Source of the DNA: Gammaproteobacteria bacterium | GTDB taxonomy: Bacteria; Pseudomonadota; Gammaproteobacteria; UBA4575 | Assembly: GCA_965221955.1 (NCBI GenBank) | Contig: CBDCTA010000021.1 | Span: 1 to 15,578 of the forward strand | DNA: 15,578 nucleotides | Direction of reading: 5' to 3' | Shown: positions 1 through 10,177 of the stretch, in pieces | How the letters are laid out: each line of letters opens with the position of its first letter | How positions within the stretch are numbered: the stretch's first letter is position 1 | Program-made: the position numbers and the translations under genes | Notes under the pieces: model-generated | What the model was told of the DNA's origin: nothing | The model's database searches: none | What the model saw: only the letters and a program-made list of their open reading frames with translations

Positions 1-841
1 ATACGCGGGTTGGTTGTTCTGGATCAACTGCGACATAGTCTTGTGAAAACCAGGCAAAGCGTTTTAAGTCTTTTGCTTGTTGTGAGCTGGGATCTAGCCA
101 AGGAAAGTCTCGTTTAATATTTAGTTTTTTTATAAAAGCGCCTGGATAGACTTTTAAATCAAGCCCAATCCGCACACCATCGGTATAGAAAGCATCTTCT
201 GTTTCATACATTACTTTCCATAAAATTAAATTGCCTAATGTAGGCTTAGCATTTAAACGAAGTGGTTGATGATTGCGTTGTTCTGCTAATTGCCAACCTA
301 CTTTAGTAGCACGATAGTTTTGAGCTAGTCCAATACATTGATAAGTGATCATCCATATAAATCCAACGAGCGCTAATTTTGGTTGTCTTTTTATTGCCGC
401 GATTAAGACCAAGACTAATAAAGGCAGGGATAAAATTGGATCGATTATTGATACCGTATCCCATGAAATTCGATGTGAGCTGAATGGCCAGAATAATTGC
501 GTGCCGTAACTCGTACATGAGTCTAGGAGTCCGTGCGTGGCATACCCTAAGGTGCAAAATATATAAGTAAGCTTAAAACTTAATTGATTTCGTTTGGCAA
601 ATAGAAAATAAAAAAATATGGCACATAGTAAACCACCAATAGGAATAAAAATTAACGAATGTGTGAATTGTCGGTGATATTCAAGAAATAATAGTGGATC
701 TTTGTCCGAACGAATGAAGATATCTAGGTCTGGCGCCATACCCGAGAGATAACCCAAGATACAAGCTAGTACTATGTTTTTAGGTTTGCTTATACTTTGC
801 GAAACACTAGCACCTAAAGCGCCTTGGGTAAATGGGTCCAT
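1..841 (-). CDS. Membrane-bound metal-dependent hydrolase, YdjM/DUF457-like (3' end beyond window edge)
   Basis: Not in the ORF track (no stop inside window). Manual translation from ATG 841: MDPFTQGALGASVSQ...GMAPDLD...EYHRQFTHSLIF...GYATHGLLDSCTSYGTQLFWPFS...; the PDLD, HRxFTHS, HxxxD and GxxLFWP motifs plus hydrophobic helices are typical of this family. Confidence 0.88.
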   Translation of the reverse strand, partial: MDPFTQGALGASVSQSISKPKNIVLACILGYLSGMAPDLDIFIRSDKDPLLFLEYHRQFTHSLIFIPIGGLLCAIFFYFLFAKRNQLSFKLTYIFCTLGYATHGLLDSCTSYGTQLFWPFSSHRISWDTVSIIDPILSLPLLVLVLIAAIKRQPKLALVGFIWMITYQCIGLAQNYRATKVGWQLAEQRNHQPLRLNAKPTLGNLILWKVMYETEDAFYTDGVRIGLDLKVYPGAFIKKLNIKRDFPWLDPSSQQAKDLKRFAWFSQDYVAVDPEQPTRV

Positions 842-854
842 TCTTAACTTAAAA

Positions 855-1178
855 CTAGTGTCTAGGTGCTTGAATTAAAATCCAGGGTCGAATTACGACA
901 CTCCATAGTTTTTTATTATCTTTTTCAAAGGTAATGGCTTTTTGAGTGAATTCTCTTAAGAGAAGGTTTTCTTGCATCCAATGGTTGACTTGTTTGGAAT
1001 CGTCGACGGATATGGCGTAGCCTACTTCAATGAGGTCTAAGCTTTCATCTACTAGAATGAGCTTGCCCTGTGCAAAAAATCTTTCCAGTTCTTTCCAATG
1101 GATTTTTGCAGTTTCGGAAACAATCTTAGCTTTTTCTTGCTGGATGAATGCTTGTAGTTGATCTATGGGTTGATCCAT
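855..1178 (-). CDS. DUF2288-family protein
   Basis: 107 aa with ETAKIHWKELERFFAQGKLI..V...LDL and C-terminal LWSVVIRPWILIQ, matching my recollection of DUF2288; tightly packed between same-strand genes. Confidence 0.8.
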   Translation of the reverse strand: MDQPIDQLQAFIQQEKAKIVSETAKIHWKELERFFAQGKLILVDESLDLIEVGYAISVDDSKQVNHWMQENLLLREFTQKAITFEKDNKKLWSVVIRPWILIQAPRH

Positions 1179-1184
1179 TAAGTC

Positions 1185-2042
1185 CTAGTAAGGTTCGGTA
1201 TTATTGAGTAATTCTCGTGCGTCAAACACAGCAGGTTGTGATTGAATATTAGAATTAGAAGTGATTTGTTTAGCTTCCTTAGAGTTTGGGAACTGCTGCA
1301 CCAGTAAAAGCTTATATTTATCTGCTAAAGCCTTTTTCCCATTGGCTTCATTGATTTGTGCGCCTAATAAAAGCGTTTTGGGTGTGGGTTGAGCAACTTT
1401 TTCATATTCTTGTAATAAACGATAGGCGTTATCGTAACTGTAGTTACCGTACTGAATTTTTGCTAACTGATACCAGGGAACGGGGGCTTTAGGGTTAATT
1501 TTTAAAGCATTGCTGAAGTATTTTGTTGCTTTGATCTTGTCTGGAATGCCTAGCACGCATAAACCCGCATTGGTGTAGGCTACATCGGGTCTTAAGTTAT
1601 TTTTGTTTTTTGCGGCGGCTAAATATAGTTTTTCCGCCTCAAGTGGTTTGTCATGTTTGCAAAGAAAGCTTGCATAGTTGGTTTGTGCAGCGGAATGATT
1701 TGGCTCAAATGACAAAGCGCGTTTGAAATACCGCTCAGCGAGGTCGGGTTGGCTGTTCTGCTTGTAAATTAGGCCTGCGACGGTATAGGCATCTGCAGAT
1801 TTTTCATTTAATTCAATGGCCTTTTTAACCGAAGTCAATGCGGCATCTAAGCGGCCCGCATGCATATATTGCACAGCTTGAACGACATAGCCTTCGTCTT
1901 GCTCGGCTTTTTTGTTTGAGGTGCTTGCGCAGGAAGCGATTAAGCCTATAAGGAGTGTCGCGACTAATATCCGAGTGAGTTCTTTAGATCTGTGTTTAGG
2001 TAAAATCTGTGCTTTATCTGTACACTTCACTTTTGGAATCAT
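1185..2042 (-). CDS. pilW: Type IV pilus biogenesis/stability TPR lipoprotein (PilW/PilF-like); start uncertain (2057, 2042 or 2030)
   Basis: Lipobox LIGLIAS-C, tandem TPRs, NYASFLC and AYTNAGLC motifs, C-terminal QFPNSKEA. The track start (TTG 2075) is doubtful because a minus-strand TATAAT lies at 2083-2078 and the lipobox Cys would be residue 49. Confidence 0.75.
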   Translation of the reverse strand: MIPKVKCTDKAQILPKHRSKELTRILVATLLIGLIASCASTSNKKAEQDEGYVVQAVQYMHAGRLDAALTSVKKAIELNEKSADAYTVAGLIYKQNSQPDLAERYFKRALSFEPNHSAAQTNYASFLCKHDKPLEAEKLYLAAAKNKNNLRPDVAYTNAGLCVLGIPDKIKATKYFSNALKINPKAPVPWYQLAKIQYGNYSYDNAYRLLQEYEKVAQPTPKTLLLGAQINEANGKKALADKYKLLLVQQFPNSKEAKQITSNSNIQSQPAVFDARELLNNTEPY

Positions 2043-2077
2043 TGCCAAGTAGTTCATAAATCGAATCATTTGCAACT

Positions 2078-2083
2078 ATTATA
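2078..2083 (-). promoter_or_regulatory. Candidate sigma70 -10 element (TATAAT) for the pilW-like operon
   Basis: Plus-strand attata = TATAAT on minus; no convincing -35. Confidence 0.4.
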
Positions 2084-2508
2084 TGGAATATAAACGCCCC
2101 GAGTCCGTGCTGGTCATAGTATACACACAAGCTGGTGAAGTCTTGATGTTACGTCGCAAGTACCCGAATGATTTTTGGCAATCGGTTACCGGTAGCTTGG
2201 AGAAGGATGAAAGTCCAATGCAGGCTGCAGTGCGTGAATTGCGCGAGGAAACCGGAATTGCGGGTTATAAGTTGCTGGATTGCCAATTTTCGCAGAATTT
2301 CGAGATTTATGAGATTTGGCGGGATCGCTATGAGCCGGGTGTGACAGAAAATAAGGAGCATGTTTTTTGTCTAGAGTTGCCTGAGAAAATTGATGTGCAA
2401 TTAGACCCAAGGGAGCACGAAGAGTTTATTTGGTTGTCTAAGCAAGAGGCCATTGAGCTCGCTTTCTCCCATACCAATCAAGAAGCGATTCAACGCTGGA
2501 TACCATGA
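2083..2508 (+). CDS. nudB: Dihydroneopterin triphosphate diphosphatase (Nudix hydrolase)
   Basis: YKRPESVLVIVY N-terminus, FWQSVTGS, Nudix box GSLEKDESPMQAAVRELREETG; upstream of yebC-ruvC as in other Gammaproteobacteria. Confidence 0.93.
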   Translation: MEYKRPESVLVIVYTQAGEVLMLRRKYPNDFWQSVTGSLEKDESPMQAAVRELREETGIAGYKLLDCQFSQNFEIYEIWRDRYEPGVTENKEHVFCLELPEKIDVQLDPREHEEFIWLSKQEAIELAFSHTNQEAIQRWIP

Positions 2509-2535
2509 TCTAAGTTAAAAATTAGTCTTAAGATA

Positions 2536-3159
2536 ATGCGTGAAGTTGTTGTTTGTACTCATGGAATTTGGATGAAGGGTTGGGTGATGCAACCCATCTC
2601 GCGTTACCTTAAAGAGCATGGACACGAGTGCGTGCAGTACTCATATAGGAGTGTTCGTCGTAATCCTAGAGAAAATGCATTGATGTTGGGCAAATTTGTA
2701 GAGCAATTGGATGCCGATATTGTGCATTTTGTAGCTCACAGCTTAGGAGGCATCATTTTGCTGCATTATTTTGATTTATTTGATGTCACTAAGCCGGGTA
2801 GAGTGGTCATGCTCGGTTCACCTTTATCAGGAAGCGGTGTCGCCAAGTTTGTTTCTAGAAACAATTTCATAAAAAATAATATGTTAGGCGCAAGTGCTCA
2901 GTCTTTACTTGGGAATGTGCCTAGTTGGAAAGGCACACATCCTTTAGCCGTTATTGCAGGTACAAAGGGTTATGGTGTTGGCCAAATGTTGGGAGCACCT
3001 TTAGATAAACCCAATGATGGCACGGTTGCAGTTTCAGAAACCAAAATCGATAACTGCACATTGCATCTTCAAGTGCCGTATAGCCATACCGGTATGCTGC
3101 TGTCAAAAAATGTTGCTTCCGCGGTAGACCTGTTTATTCGTACTGGAGAGTGCCATTAA
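2536..3159 (+). CDS. Small alpha/beta-fold hydrolase (esterase/lipase-like)
   Basis: HG oxyanion motif (HGIWM), nucleophile elbow AHSLGG, LGSP, NDGTV acid and HTGML histidine; no signal peptide. Confidence 0.88.
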   Translation: MREVVVCTHGIWMKGWVMQPISRYLKEHGHECVQYSYRSVRRNPRENALMLGKFVEQLDADIVHFVAHSLGGIILLHYFDLFDVTKPGRVVMLGSPLSGSGVAKFVSRNNFIKNNMLGASAQSLLGNVPSWKGTHPLAVIAGTKGYGVGQMLGAPLDKPNDGTVAVSETKIDNCTLHLQVPYSHTGMLLSKNVASAVDLFIRTGECH

Positions 3160-3164
3160 TGCGA

Positions 3165-3194
3165 CTGCAATTAAATGGGTCAAAGTGCTAAAAT
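3165..3194 (+). promoter_or_regulatory. Candidate sigma70 promoter of yebC-ruv operon
   Basis: Extended -10 TGcTAAAAT at 3186-3194, weak -35 cTGCAA at 3165-3170; GAGGAG RBS precedes ATG 3269. Confidence 0.45.
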
Positions 3195-3268
3195 ACAACC
3201 GTTGATTTGGGAGAACTCTGAGGGATCCTAAAAGGGTTCGTATGGAGTATTAAACTAGAGGAGTTTCA

Positions 3269-4015
3269 ATGGCCGGTCATAGTAAATGGGCCAATATTCA
3301 GCACCGCAAAAAAGCGCAAGATGCAAAACGCGGTAAATTATTCACCAGACTGATTCGAGAAATAACTGTCGCTGCACGTATGGGTGGTTCAGATTTGGAC
3401 TCCAATCCACGTCTGCGTTTAGCGGTGGATAAAGGTTTATCCGCTAATATGAACAAAGACACAGTAGACCGTGCGATTAAACGTGGTGCGGGTGAGTTAG
3501 ATGGCGATAACTATGAAGAAGTGCGTTATGAAGGTTATGGGCCGGGAGGCTCAGCTATTTTAGTCGATTGCATGACGGATAATCGTAATCGTACAGTTGC
3601 AGAAGTGCGCCATGCGTTTTCAAAATTTAATGGTAATTTAGGTACATCCGGTTCTGTTGCCTATATGTTTACCAATGCAGGTGTAATTCAATTCGCACCG
3701 GGCAGTGATGAAGATGCGGTTATGGAAGCGGCGCTTGAGTCGGGTGCGGAAGATATTATCACTGCAGAGGATGGCAGTATTGAAGTGCTTACTTCACCAG
3801 ACGATTTTATATTGGTGAAAGAAGCATTAGAAGCCGTTGGATTATCAGCAGAACAAGCTGAAGTTACGATGCGTGCGGACAATATGAGTGCGCTTTCTGA
3901 CAAAGAAGGTGAAAGTATGTTGAAGTTACTTGATGCACTGGATGAATTAGACGATGTGCAAAATGTTTATTCCAATGCCGATATTCCTGATTCCGTTTAT
4001 GAAGCGGTTGCATAA
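3269..4015 (+). CDS. yebC: YebC/PmpR (TACO1) family protein
   Basis: [46 protein letters not shown] signatures. Confidence 0.97.
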   Translation: MAGHSKWANIQHRKKAQDAKRGKLFTRLIREITVAARMGGSDLDSNPRLRLAVDKGLSANMNKDTVDRAIKRGAGELDGDNYEEVRYEGYGPGGSAILVDCMTDNRNRTVAEVRHAFSKFNGNLGTSGSVAYMFTNAGVIQFAPGSDEDAVMEAALESGAEDIITAEDGSIEVLTSPDDFILVKEALEAVGLSAEQAEVTMRADNMSALSDKEGESMLKLLDALDELDDVQNVYSNADIPDSVYEAVA

Positions 4016-4037
4016 AAGCAGTGCACTAGAGCGTTGA

Positions 4038-4589
4038 ATGCAATACAACGTACCTGAAAAAAAAGAAAATACGATCCGAATTCTTGGGATCGATCCAGGC
4101 TTACAAATTACTGGCTTTGGCATTATTGAAAGTGACGGTAGATCCAGTCGTTATATTCACAGCGGTAACATTAAAGCCAAGCCTGCTAAAGATGATGTCA
4201 CCATTCCACATCGATTAGGCATTATTTTTAGCAAATTAAACGAAGCCATTGAACAATTTCAACCAGATGAGGTTGCTGTAGAAGAAGTGTTTATTAATAA
4301 GAATGCATCTTCATCATTAAAGCTGGGTCATGCGCGGGGTGCAGCCATTTGCGCCGCAGTACATCACCATGTGCCGGTGAGTGAATACAGTGCGCGTTCT
4401 GTGAAGCAAGCCGTAGTGGGAAACGGTGCGGCGAATAAAGATCAAATTCAACACATGGTGTTACGTTTATTAGCCTTGCGTGGAGAACTGCAAGCTGATG
4501 AAGCTGATGCTTTAGCAGTGTGTTTGTGTCATGCGCATACTGCGTTATTGCTTAACAGTAAACGCAGCCGTGTAGGAGTATATGCATGA
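4038..4589 (+). CDS. ruvC: Holliday junction resolvase RuvC
   Basis: ILGIDPG, VAVEEVF, LGHARG, VKQAVVGNGAANKDQI, DEADALAV motifs. Confidence 0.97.
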   Translation: MQYNVPEKKENTIRILGIDPGLQITGFGIIESDGRSSRYIHSGNIKAKPAKDDVTIPHRLGIIFSKLNEAIEQFQPDEVAVEEVFINKNASSSLKLGHARGAAICAAVHHHVPVSEYSARSVKQAVVGNGAANKDQIQHMVLRLLALRGELQADEADALAVCLCHAHTALLLNSKRSRVGVYA

Positions 4590-5197
4590 TTGGGCGTTTG
4601 CAAGGTGAGATAATTGAAAAGCAAGCTCCTTATTTGTTGTTGGATGTTAAAGGCGTGGGTTATGAGTTAGAGGCACCTATGTCTACGTTTTATGAATTAC
4701 CAGAATGTGGTGAAACCGTAATGTTACATACGCATTTATTAGTGCGTGAAGATGCACATACACTCTATGCATTTAAGCAACTGCGAGATCGCAGTTTGTT
4801 TCGACATTTGTTAAAAGTGAATGGCGTTGGAGCCAAAATGGCATTGGCAATTTTGTCGGGTATGGATTCCAATGCTTTTGCGCAATGTATTCATCATGGT
4901 GATGTAGATTCATTAGTACGCATTCCGGGTGTAGGTAAGAAAACTGCGGAACGTTTAATCTTAGATATGCGTGATCGACTTGATAAAGAAGCTACAGTGC
5001 AGGTCGCGAGTAATGGCAAAGCAGTAAATGGTGTGAACGGTCATGCACAACAAGATCCGATTGCTGATGCCGTGTCTGCTTTAGTGTCATTGGGTTATAA
5101 ACCGAATGAGGCGAGTCGTATGGTGAGTAATGTCGATAGCAAGAATCTAAATAGCGAAAATATTATTCGTGAAGCTTTAAAGTCAAGTTTTACTTAA
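4586..5197 (+). CDS. ruvA: Holliday junction branch migration protein RuvA
   Basis: MIGRLQG, GVGYE, HLLVRED, HhH motifs VNGVGAKMA and [18 protein letters not shown]; ATGA overlap with ruvC. Confidence 0.97.
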   Translation: MIGRLQGEIIEKQAPYLLLDVKGVGYELEAPMSTFYELPECGETVMLHTHLLVREDAHTLYAFKQLRDRSLFRHLLKVNGVGAKMALAILSGMDSNAFAQCIHHGDVDSLVRIPGVGKKTAERLILDMRDRLDKEATVQVASNGKAVNGVNGHAQQDPIADAVSALVSLGYKPNEASRMVSNVDSKNLNSENIIREALKSSFT

Positions 5198-5204
5198 AAA
5201 TACT

Positions 5205-6278
5205 ATGTCCAACGTAACAACTGAAATTGAAGAATCTCGTATTGTCGACACCCATGTCGAAAAAGATGAAGCAGTTGTTGAAAATGCAATTCGACCTCAT
5301 CAGCTTAGTGAATACATTGGTCAATCTAAAGTGCGTGAGCAAATGGAAATTTTTATTTCCGCAGCAAAGCAACGCAGTGAAGCATTGGATCACGTATTAA
5401 TTTTTGGTCCCCCTGGTTTAGGTAAAACTACACTCTCGCATATTGTTGCCAATGAAATGCAAGTTAATTTGCGCCATACCTCTGGGCCTGTGTTAGAGCG
5501 TCCGGGTGATCTCGCTGCAATTTTGACTAACTTAGAGCCTAACGATGTGTTGTTTGTAGATGAAATTCATCGTTTAAGCCCTGTCGTAGAAGAAGTGTTG
5601 TATCCAGCAATGGAAGATTTTCAACTTGATATTGTGATTGGTGAAGGGCCTGCAGCACGTTCAATTAAATTAGATCTTCCACCGTTTACATTAGTGGGAG
5701 CCACGACACGTGCTGGCTTGTTAACTTCGCCATTGCGTGATCGATTCGGAATCGTGCAACGATTAGAGTTTTATAACACCGAAGAACTTGCCACCATCGT
5801 ATTGCGTTCCGCAAACATTCTAAACGTTCAAATTAATGATGATGGAGCCACACAAATTGCTAAACGTTCACGAGGCACGCCACGAATTGCAAATCGTTTG
5901 CTTAGACGTGTGCGAGATTATGCACAAGTAAAATCAGATGGTGTAGTTACTAGTAAAATTGCTGATGCGGCTTTGGATATGCTAAGCGTGGATGAGCATG
6001 GCTTCGACAATATGGATCGACGCTTATTATTGGCGGTAATTGAAAAATTTGAAGGTGGGCCTGTTGGGGTCGATAGCCTTGCGGCGGCGATTGGTGAAGA
6101 GCGCGGAACGATAGAAGATGTTATTGAACCGTTTTTAATCTTAAAAGGTTTTATGATGCGTACTCCTCGTGGACGTGTCGCAACGGGGAATGCATATCGA
6201 CATTTTGGAATAAAGATTCCACAGCATAATTTAGCTTCATCTTCTGAGAGTGAAGACTTATTCTCGACTACTCAATAG
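5205..6278 (+). CDS. ruvB: Holliday junction helicase RuvB
   Basis: Walker [10 protein letters not shown], Walker [41 protein letters not shown]. Confidence 0.98.
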   Translation: MSNVTTEIEESRIVDTHVEKDEAVVENAIRPHQLSEYIGQSKVREQMEIFISAAKQRSEALDHVLIFGPPGLGKTTLSHIVANEMQVNLRHTSGPVLERPGDLAAILTNLEPNDVLFVDEIHRLSPVVEEVLYPAMEDFQLDIVIGEGPAARSIKLDLPPFTLVGATTRAGLLTSPLRDRFGIVQRLEFYNTEELATIVLRSANILNVQINDDGATQIAKRSRGTPRIANRLLRRVRDYAQVKSDGVVTSKIADAALDMLSVDEHGFDNMDRRLLLAVIEKFEGGPVGVDSLAAAIGEERGTIEDVIEPFLILKGFMMRTPRGRVATGNAYRHFGIKIPQHNLASSSESEDLFSTTQ

Positions 6279-6301
6279 AATAAATCAGAGCTTACGTTAC
6301 G

Positions 6302-6730
6302 ATGAAGCCTTTTACATGGCATACACGAGTCTATTACGAAGATACTGATGCGGGCGGGGTCGTATATTACGCAAATTATTTGAAGTATATGGAGCGAGCG
6401 CGTACTGAATGGTTGAGAGTACTAGGGGTGGAGCAAGATAGCTTAATTCGAGAACTGAACGTTTTGTTTGCAGTACGGTCTTTATCAATAGAGTATAAAA
6501 AACCAGCAAGATTTAATGATTTAATACAAATAAGTGTTACCCCTCATACGCTCAAACCTGCGAGTATTTCATTTAAGCAAGACATCACTCAACATGATGA
6601 TGAAAAAAATTTAATTACTAGCGGGGAAGTCAATGTAGTGTGCCTAAAGGCTGATGACTTCTCGCCAAGCGTGATTCCAAAAAAATTACATCAAACTATA
6701 CAATCCGGGGAAATAGTGAATGCAAACTGA
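6302..6730 (+). CDS. ybgC: Tol-Pal-associated acyl-CoA thioesterase
   Basis: RVYYEDTDAGGVVYYANYLKYMERARTEWLR signature; directly before tolQ. Confidence 0.96.
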   Translation: MKPFTWHTRVYYEDTDAGGVVYYANYLKYMERARTEWLRVLGVEQDSLIRELNVLFAVRSLSIEYKKPARFNDLIQISVTPHTLKPASISFKQDITQHDDEKNLITSGEVNVVCLKADDFSPSVIPKKLHQTIQSGEIVNAN

Positions 6731-7418
6731 TACCAGTATTTTAGGCTTAATTAGTGAGGCCAGCCTGGTTGTACAACTTGTGATGCTGATGCTGCTGGTT
6801 GCATCTGTTATTTCATGGACCATGATTGTCAGTAAATGGAAAATTATTCGTGATGCTCGCAGTAATGCAGATAATTTTGAAGATCGATTTTGGTCAGGAA
6901 CAGATTTAGCTGCGTTATATGAAAAAGTGCGTGTTAAGAAAGACCCTACGGGTATGGAACATATCTTTCTTGCAGGCTTTAAAGAATATGTGCGCTTGCA
7001 TCGACAACAGCGTGTTTCGCCAGACGCCATTACGGACACTGCGTTGCGTTCTATGAAAGTGGCGATGGCACGAGAAGTAGAAGCATTAGAGCATTATCTT
7101 TCATTTTTAGCCACAGTAGGTTCAACTGCGCCTTACATTGGCTTGTTTGGAACGGTGTGGGGAATTATGAATTCATTTCGTGCATTGGGGGATGTACAGC
7201 AAGCAACGCTTTCTGCGGTTGCACCTGGAATTGCAGAAGCTTTGATTGCTACTGCTATGGGGTTGTTTGCTGCGATTCCTGCAGTAATTGCATATAACCG
7301 GTATTCGACCGATGTTGAACGTTTGGTCATTCGTTATGACAACTTCGTTGAAGAATTTACCGCGTTGCTACAACGCCAAGCGCTAACCAAAGACATGGAT
7401 ATGCAAGAAAGGGGTTAA
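6720..7418 (+). CDS. tolQ: TolQ
   Basis: Three TM helices; FEDRFWSG, APYIGLFGTVWGIM, APGIAEALIATAMGLFAAIPA; operon context. Confidence 0.97.
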   Translation: MQTDTSILGLISEASLVVQLVMLMLLVASVISWTMIVSKWKIIRDARSNADNFEDRFWSGTDLAALYEKVRVKKDPTGMEHIFLAGFKEYVRLHRQQRVSPDAITDTALRSMKVAMAREVEALEHYLSFLATVGSTAPYIGLFGTVWGIMNSFRALGDVQQATLSAVAPGIAEALIATAMGLFAAIPAVIAYNRYSTDVERLVIRYDNFVEEFTALLQRQALTKDMDMQERG

Positions 7419-7870
7419 TGAGCATGGCTTATACCGCTCTAGGTCGACGCAAACGCATGTCTGAAATTAATGTAGTGCCCTATATTGATGTAATGCTGGT
7501 GTTATTAGTGATTTTTATGGTTACAGCACCTTTGTTCCATCAAGGGGTGGAGGTAGAGCTACCTTCTGCACCTGCCAAGCCACTAGAAAAAACAGATGAA
7601 AATCAAGAACCTTTGATTATTTCTGTGGATCGAAACGGGCAGATATTTATAAATAAATCAGACGCTCCTAGTGAGCCCGTTGAAGATGGCTTATTTAGAA
7701 ACCAAATACAGGAAATCTTATCTAAAGAACGTAGCCCAGTTTATGTGCGCGGAGATAATGGTGTGGATTACGGACGAGTTGTTACCGTCATGGTGATGTT
7801 GCAAGCTGCAGGAGCTGAAAATGTTGGCTTGATTACAGAACCAAGCTCGGAAGAAGTTGAAATACCTTAA
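7418..7870 (+). CDS. tolR: TolR
   Basis: EINVVPYIDVMLVLLVIFMVTAP, VRGD...YG, VGLIT; TAATG overlap with tolQ. Confidence 0.96.
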   Translation: MSMAYTALGRRKRMSEINVVPYIDVMLVLLVIFMVTAPLFHQGVEVELPSAPAKPLEKTDENQEPLIISVDRNGQIFINKSDAPSEPVEDGLFRNQIQEILSKERSPVYVRGDNGVDYGRVVTVMVMLQAAGAENVGLITEPSSEEVEIP

Positions 7871-7873
7871 GTC

Positions 7874-8860
7874 ATGGCAAGAGTTAAGCGACATTTGCCG
7901 ATGTCAGTTACCATCGCAATTGTTATTCATGTGGCAATTGTTTTGCTTTTGGTAATTGGGTTTCAATTTAAGCGTGACCACAAACCTAATCCACTGGACA
8001 ACATCAATACCATTAATGCAACCGTTATTAATACAAACGAACTAACTAAAAAGCCGGATGTCGAGCAACTTTCTAAACAAGAGCTGTTAAAACAACAACA
8101 GGAAGAAGAGAAAAAGAAACTACAAGCGGAGTTAGAAGCAGAAAAGAAAAAAGCACAAGAGGCTGAAAAGAAAGCTGAAGCTGAAAGACAGAAGGCCGAA
8201 GAAATTAAACAACAAGCAGAACTAGAAAAACAACGATTAGAACAGGAAGCTAAAAAGAAAGCGGAAGAAGAAAAGAAAATAGCAGAACAGAAACGTATTG
8301 CAGAAGAAAAAAAGCTTGCTGAGGAGAAACGTAAAGTTGAGGAAGCGAAAAGAATAGCAGAAGAGAAAAAGCGTGAAGAAGAGGCCAAAAAATTAGCGGA
8401 ACAGAAAGCAGCAGAAGAAAAAAAACGCAAGGAAGAAGAAGCTAAGAAACTTGCGGCTGAAAAGTTAGCAGCAGAGAAGGCTGCCGAACAAGAACGTTTG
8501 GCAAAAATTTTAGAAGCTGAAGAAGCCGAACTTCAAGCAGCAGAACAAGAAGCACAACGTATTGCACATGCGCGTGCTATGAACAAACAAATTGCCATTT
8601 ATCAAGATGCAATACGTAGCAGAATACAAAGCCGATGGCGTAAGCCATTAAGTGAACAACCTGATGCATGGTGCAAAGTATATGTGCGCCAAGCACCAGG
8701 AGGATACGTGGAAGACGTACGAGTAGAGCAGTGTACAGGTGATGAAGCTTTTCGTCGCTCAGTTGAAGAAGCCGTTTGGAAATCTGATCCATTGCCTGAG
8801 CCGCCAGTACCTGAATTATTTGACCGAGATTTACGTTTTAAATTTATTCCGGAGACTTAA
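7874..8860 (+). CDS. tolA: TolA
   Basis: N-terminal TM helix with His, long E/K/A-rich helical domain, TonB-like C-terminal domain; between tolR and tolB. Confidence 0.94.
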   Translation: MARVKRHLPMSVTIAIVIHVAIVLLLVIGFQFKRDHKPNPLDNINTINATVINTNELTKKPDVEQLSKQELLKQQQEEEKKKLQAELEAEKKKAQEAEKKAEAERQKAEEIKQQAELEKQRLEQEAKKKAEEEKKIAEQKRIAEEKKLAEEKRKVEEAKRIAEEKKREEEAKKLAEQKAAEEKKRKEEEAKKLAAEKLAAEKAAEQERLAKILEAEEAELQAAEQEAQRIAHARAMNKQIAIYQDAIRSRIQSRWRKPLSEQPDAWCKVYVRQAPGGYVEDVRVEQCTGDEAFRRSVEEAVWKSDPLPEPPVPELFDRDLRFKFIPET

Positions 8861-10152
8861 TGAAAAAAATATTTAGATTATTTGCGTTCTCAGTTTTTAT
8901 TATTCTTGGGCAGAGTGCTCATGCAGTTTTAGAAATTGAAATTACTCAAGGAATTGAAGGCGCATTGCCCATAGCCGTTGTTGCTTTTGCAGGTGACACC
9001 TATACTTCTCCTGAAGCAGTTGAAAATATTGTGCGAAATGATTTAGGTCGTAGTGGTTTTTTTGATGTGCTTGCAAAACAACAAATCCCACAAGTGGTTT
9101 CTGACCCTTCGCAACTCAATTTTCAAGCATGGCGAAATACCGGTGTTGAAAGTGTGTTGTTAGGAAAAATTTCACAAACGAGTGGAGACCAGTACCGTAT
9201 TGAATTTCAACTAATCGACTTAATTAGAAAGAAAAGACTTTTGGGAAATGTTATTCCTGCTAAAAGTAAAGATGTACGCAAAGTTGGACATAAAATTAGT
9301 GATTTAGTATTTGAAGCGTTGACTGGAATTCGTGGTGCATTTAGCACACGTGTTGCATATGTGAGTACTGTAGGTAAGGGTACGGGGAATCAAAAATATG
9401 TGCTACAAATTGCGGATGCGGATGGACATAATGCGAGAACGATCTTCACTTCTAGCAAGCAAATTCTCTCACCTGCATGGTCGCCCGATGGTTCGCGATT
9501 AGCATATGTATCCTTTGAAAGTGGCAATTCTGCCATTTATATCCAAGATATTATTCAGGGCACGAGAGCCAGAGTGTCAGCTAAAAAGGGTATCAATAGT
9601 GCGCCCGCGTGGTCGCCTGATGGGCGTCGCTTGGCGTTGACACTTTCCGCTGGGGGCAGCCCAGATATCTATATTTTAGATATTGCGGCAAAGAACCTAA
9701 AACGACTCACTAGTGGCCCTGCGATTGATACAGAACCCAGTTGGATGCCAGACGGCAGAACTTTATTATTTACATCGGATCGAAGTGGAGGGCCGCAGAT
9801 TTATCAGGTTTCGGCTAATGGGGGTAAAGCCCAGCGGCTGACTTTTGATGGCAAATATAATGCTGGCGCGGATGTCTCGCCAGATGGTAAGTATCTAACT
9901 TTGGTGAATAATAGTGGCAATGGCTTCCGCATTGCTATAATGGACACAAAAACCAAAGCGATGCGCGTGATCAGTGAGGGTCATTTGGATGAAAGTCCAA
10001 GTTTCGCGCCCAATGGCAGCATGATTATGTATGCTACTGCAGATCAAGGGCGAGGAGTATTAGCTGCCGTAAGTGCAGATGGAAGAGTGAAACAGAAATT
10101 ACGTTTAACGGAAGGTGACGTGCGTGAACCTTCATGGTCACCGTTTCGTTAA
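8860..10152 (+). CDS. tolB: TolB beta-propeller protein
   Basis: Signal peptide, LEIEITQG, DLGRSG, repeated PAWSPDG motifs, EPSWSP end; TAATG overlap with tolA. Confidence 0.97.
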   Translation: MKKIFRLFAFSVFIILGQSAHAVLEIEITQGIEGALPIAVVAFAGDTYTSPEAVENIVRNDLGRSGFFDVLAKQQIPQVVSDPSQLNFQAWRNTGVESVLLGKISQTSGDQYRIEFQLIDLIRKKRLLGNVIPAKSKDVRKVGHKISDLVFEALTGIRGAFSTRVAYVSTVGKGTGNQKYVLQIADADGHNARTIFTSSKQILSPAWSPDGSRLAYVSFESGNSAIYIQDIIQGTRARVSAKKGINSAPAWSPDGRRLALTLSAGGSPDIYILDIAAKNLKRLTSGPAIDTEPSWMPDGRTLLFTSDRSGGPQIYQVSANGGKAQRLTFDGKYNAGADVSPDGKYLTLVNNSGNGFRIAIMDTKTKAMRVISEGHLDESPSFAPNGSMIMYATADQGRGVLAAVSADGRVKQKLRLTEGDVREPSWSPFR

Positions 10153-10177
10153 TTTTTATATAAATATTTTGGTATTA

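Noticed and set aside
303-557. 84-aa ORF
   Set aside because: Out of frame inside the YdjM-like gene.
7963-8430. 155-aa antisense ORF and repetitive DNA in tolA
   Set aside because: Shadow of the low-complexity E/K/A helical domain; not a separate gene or CRISPR array.
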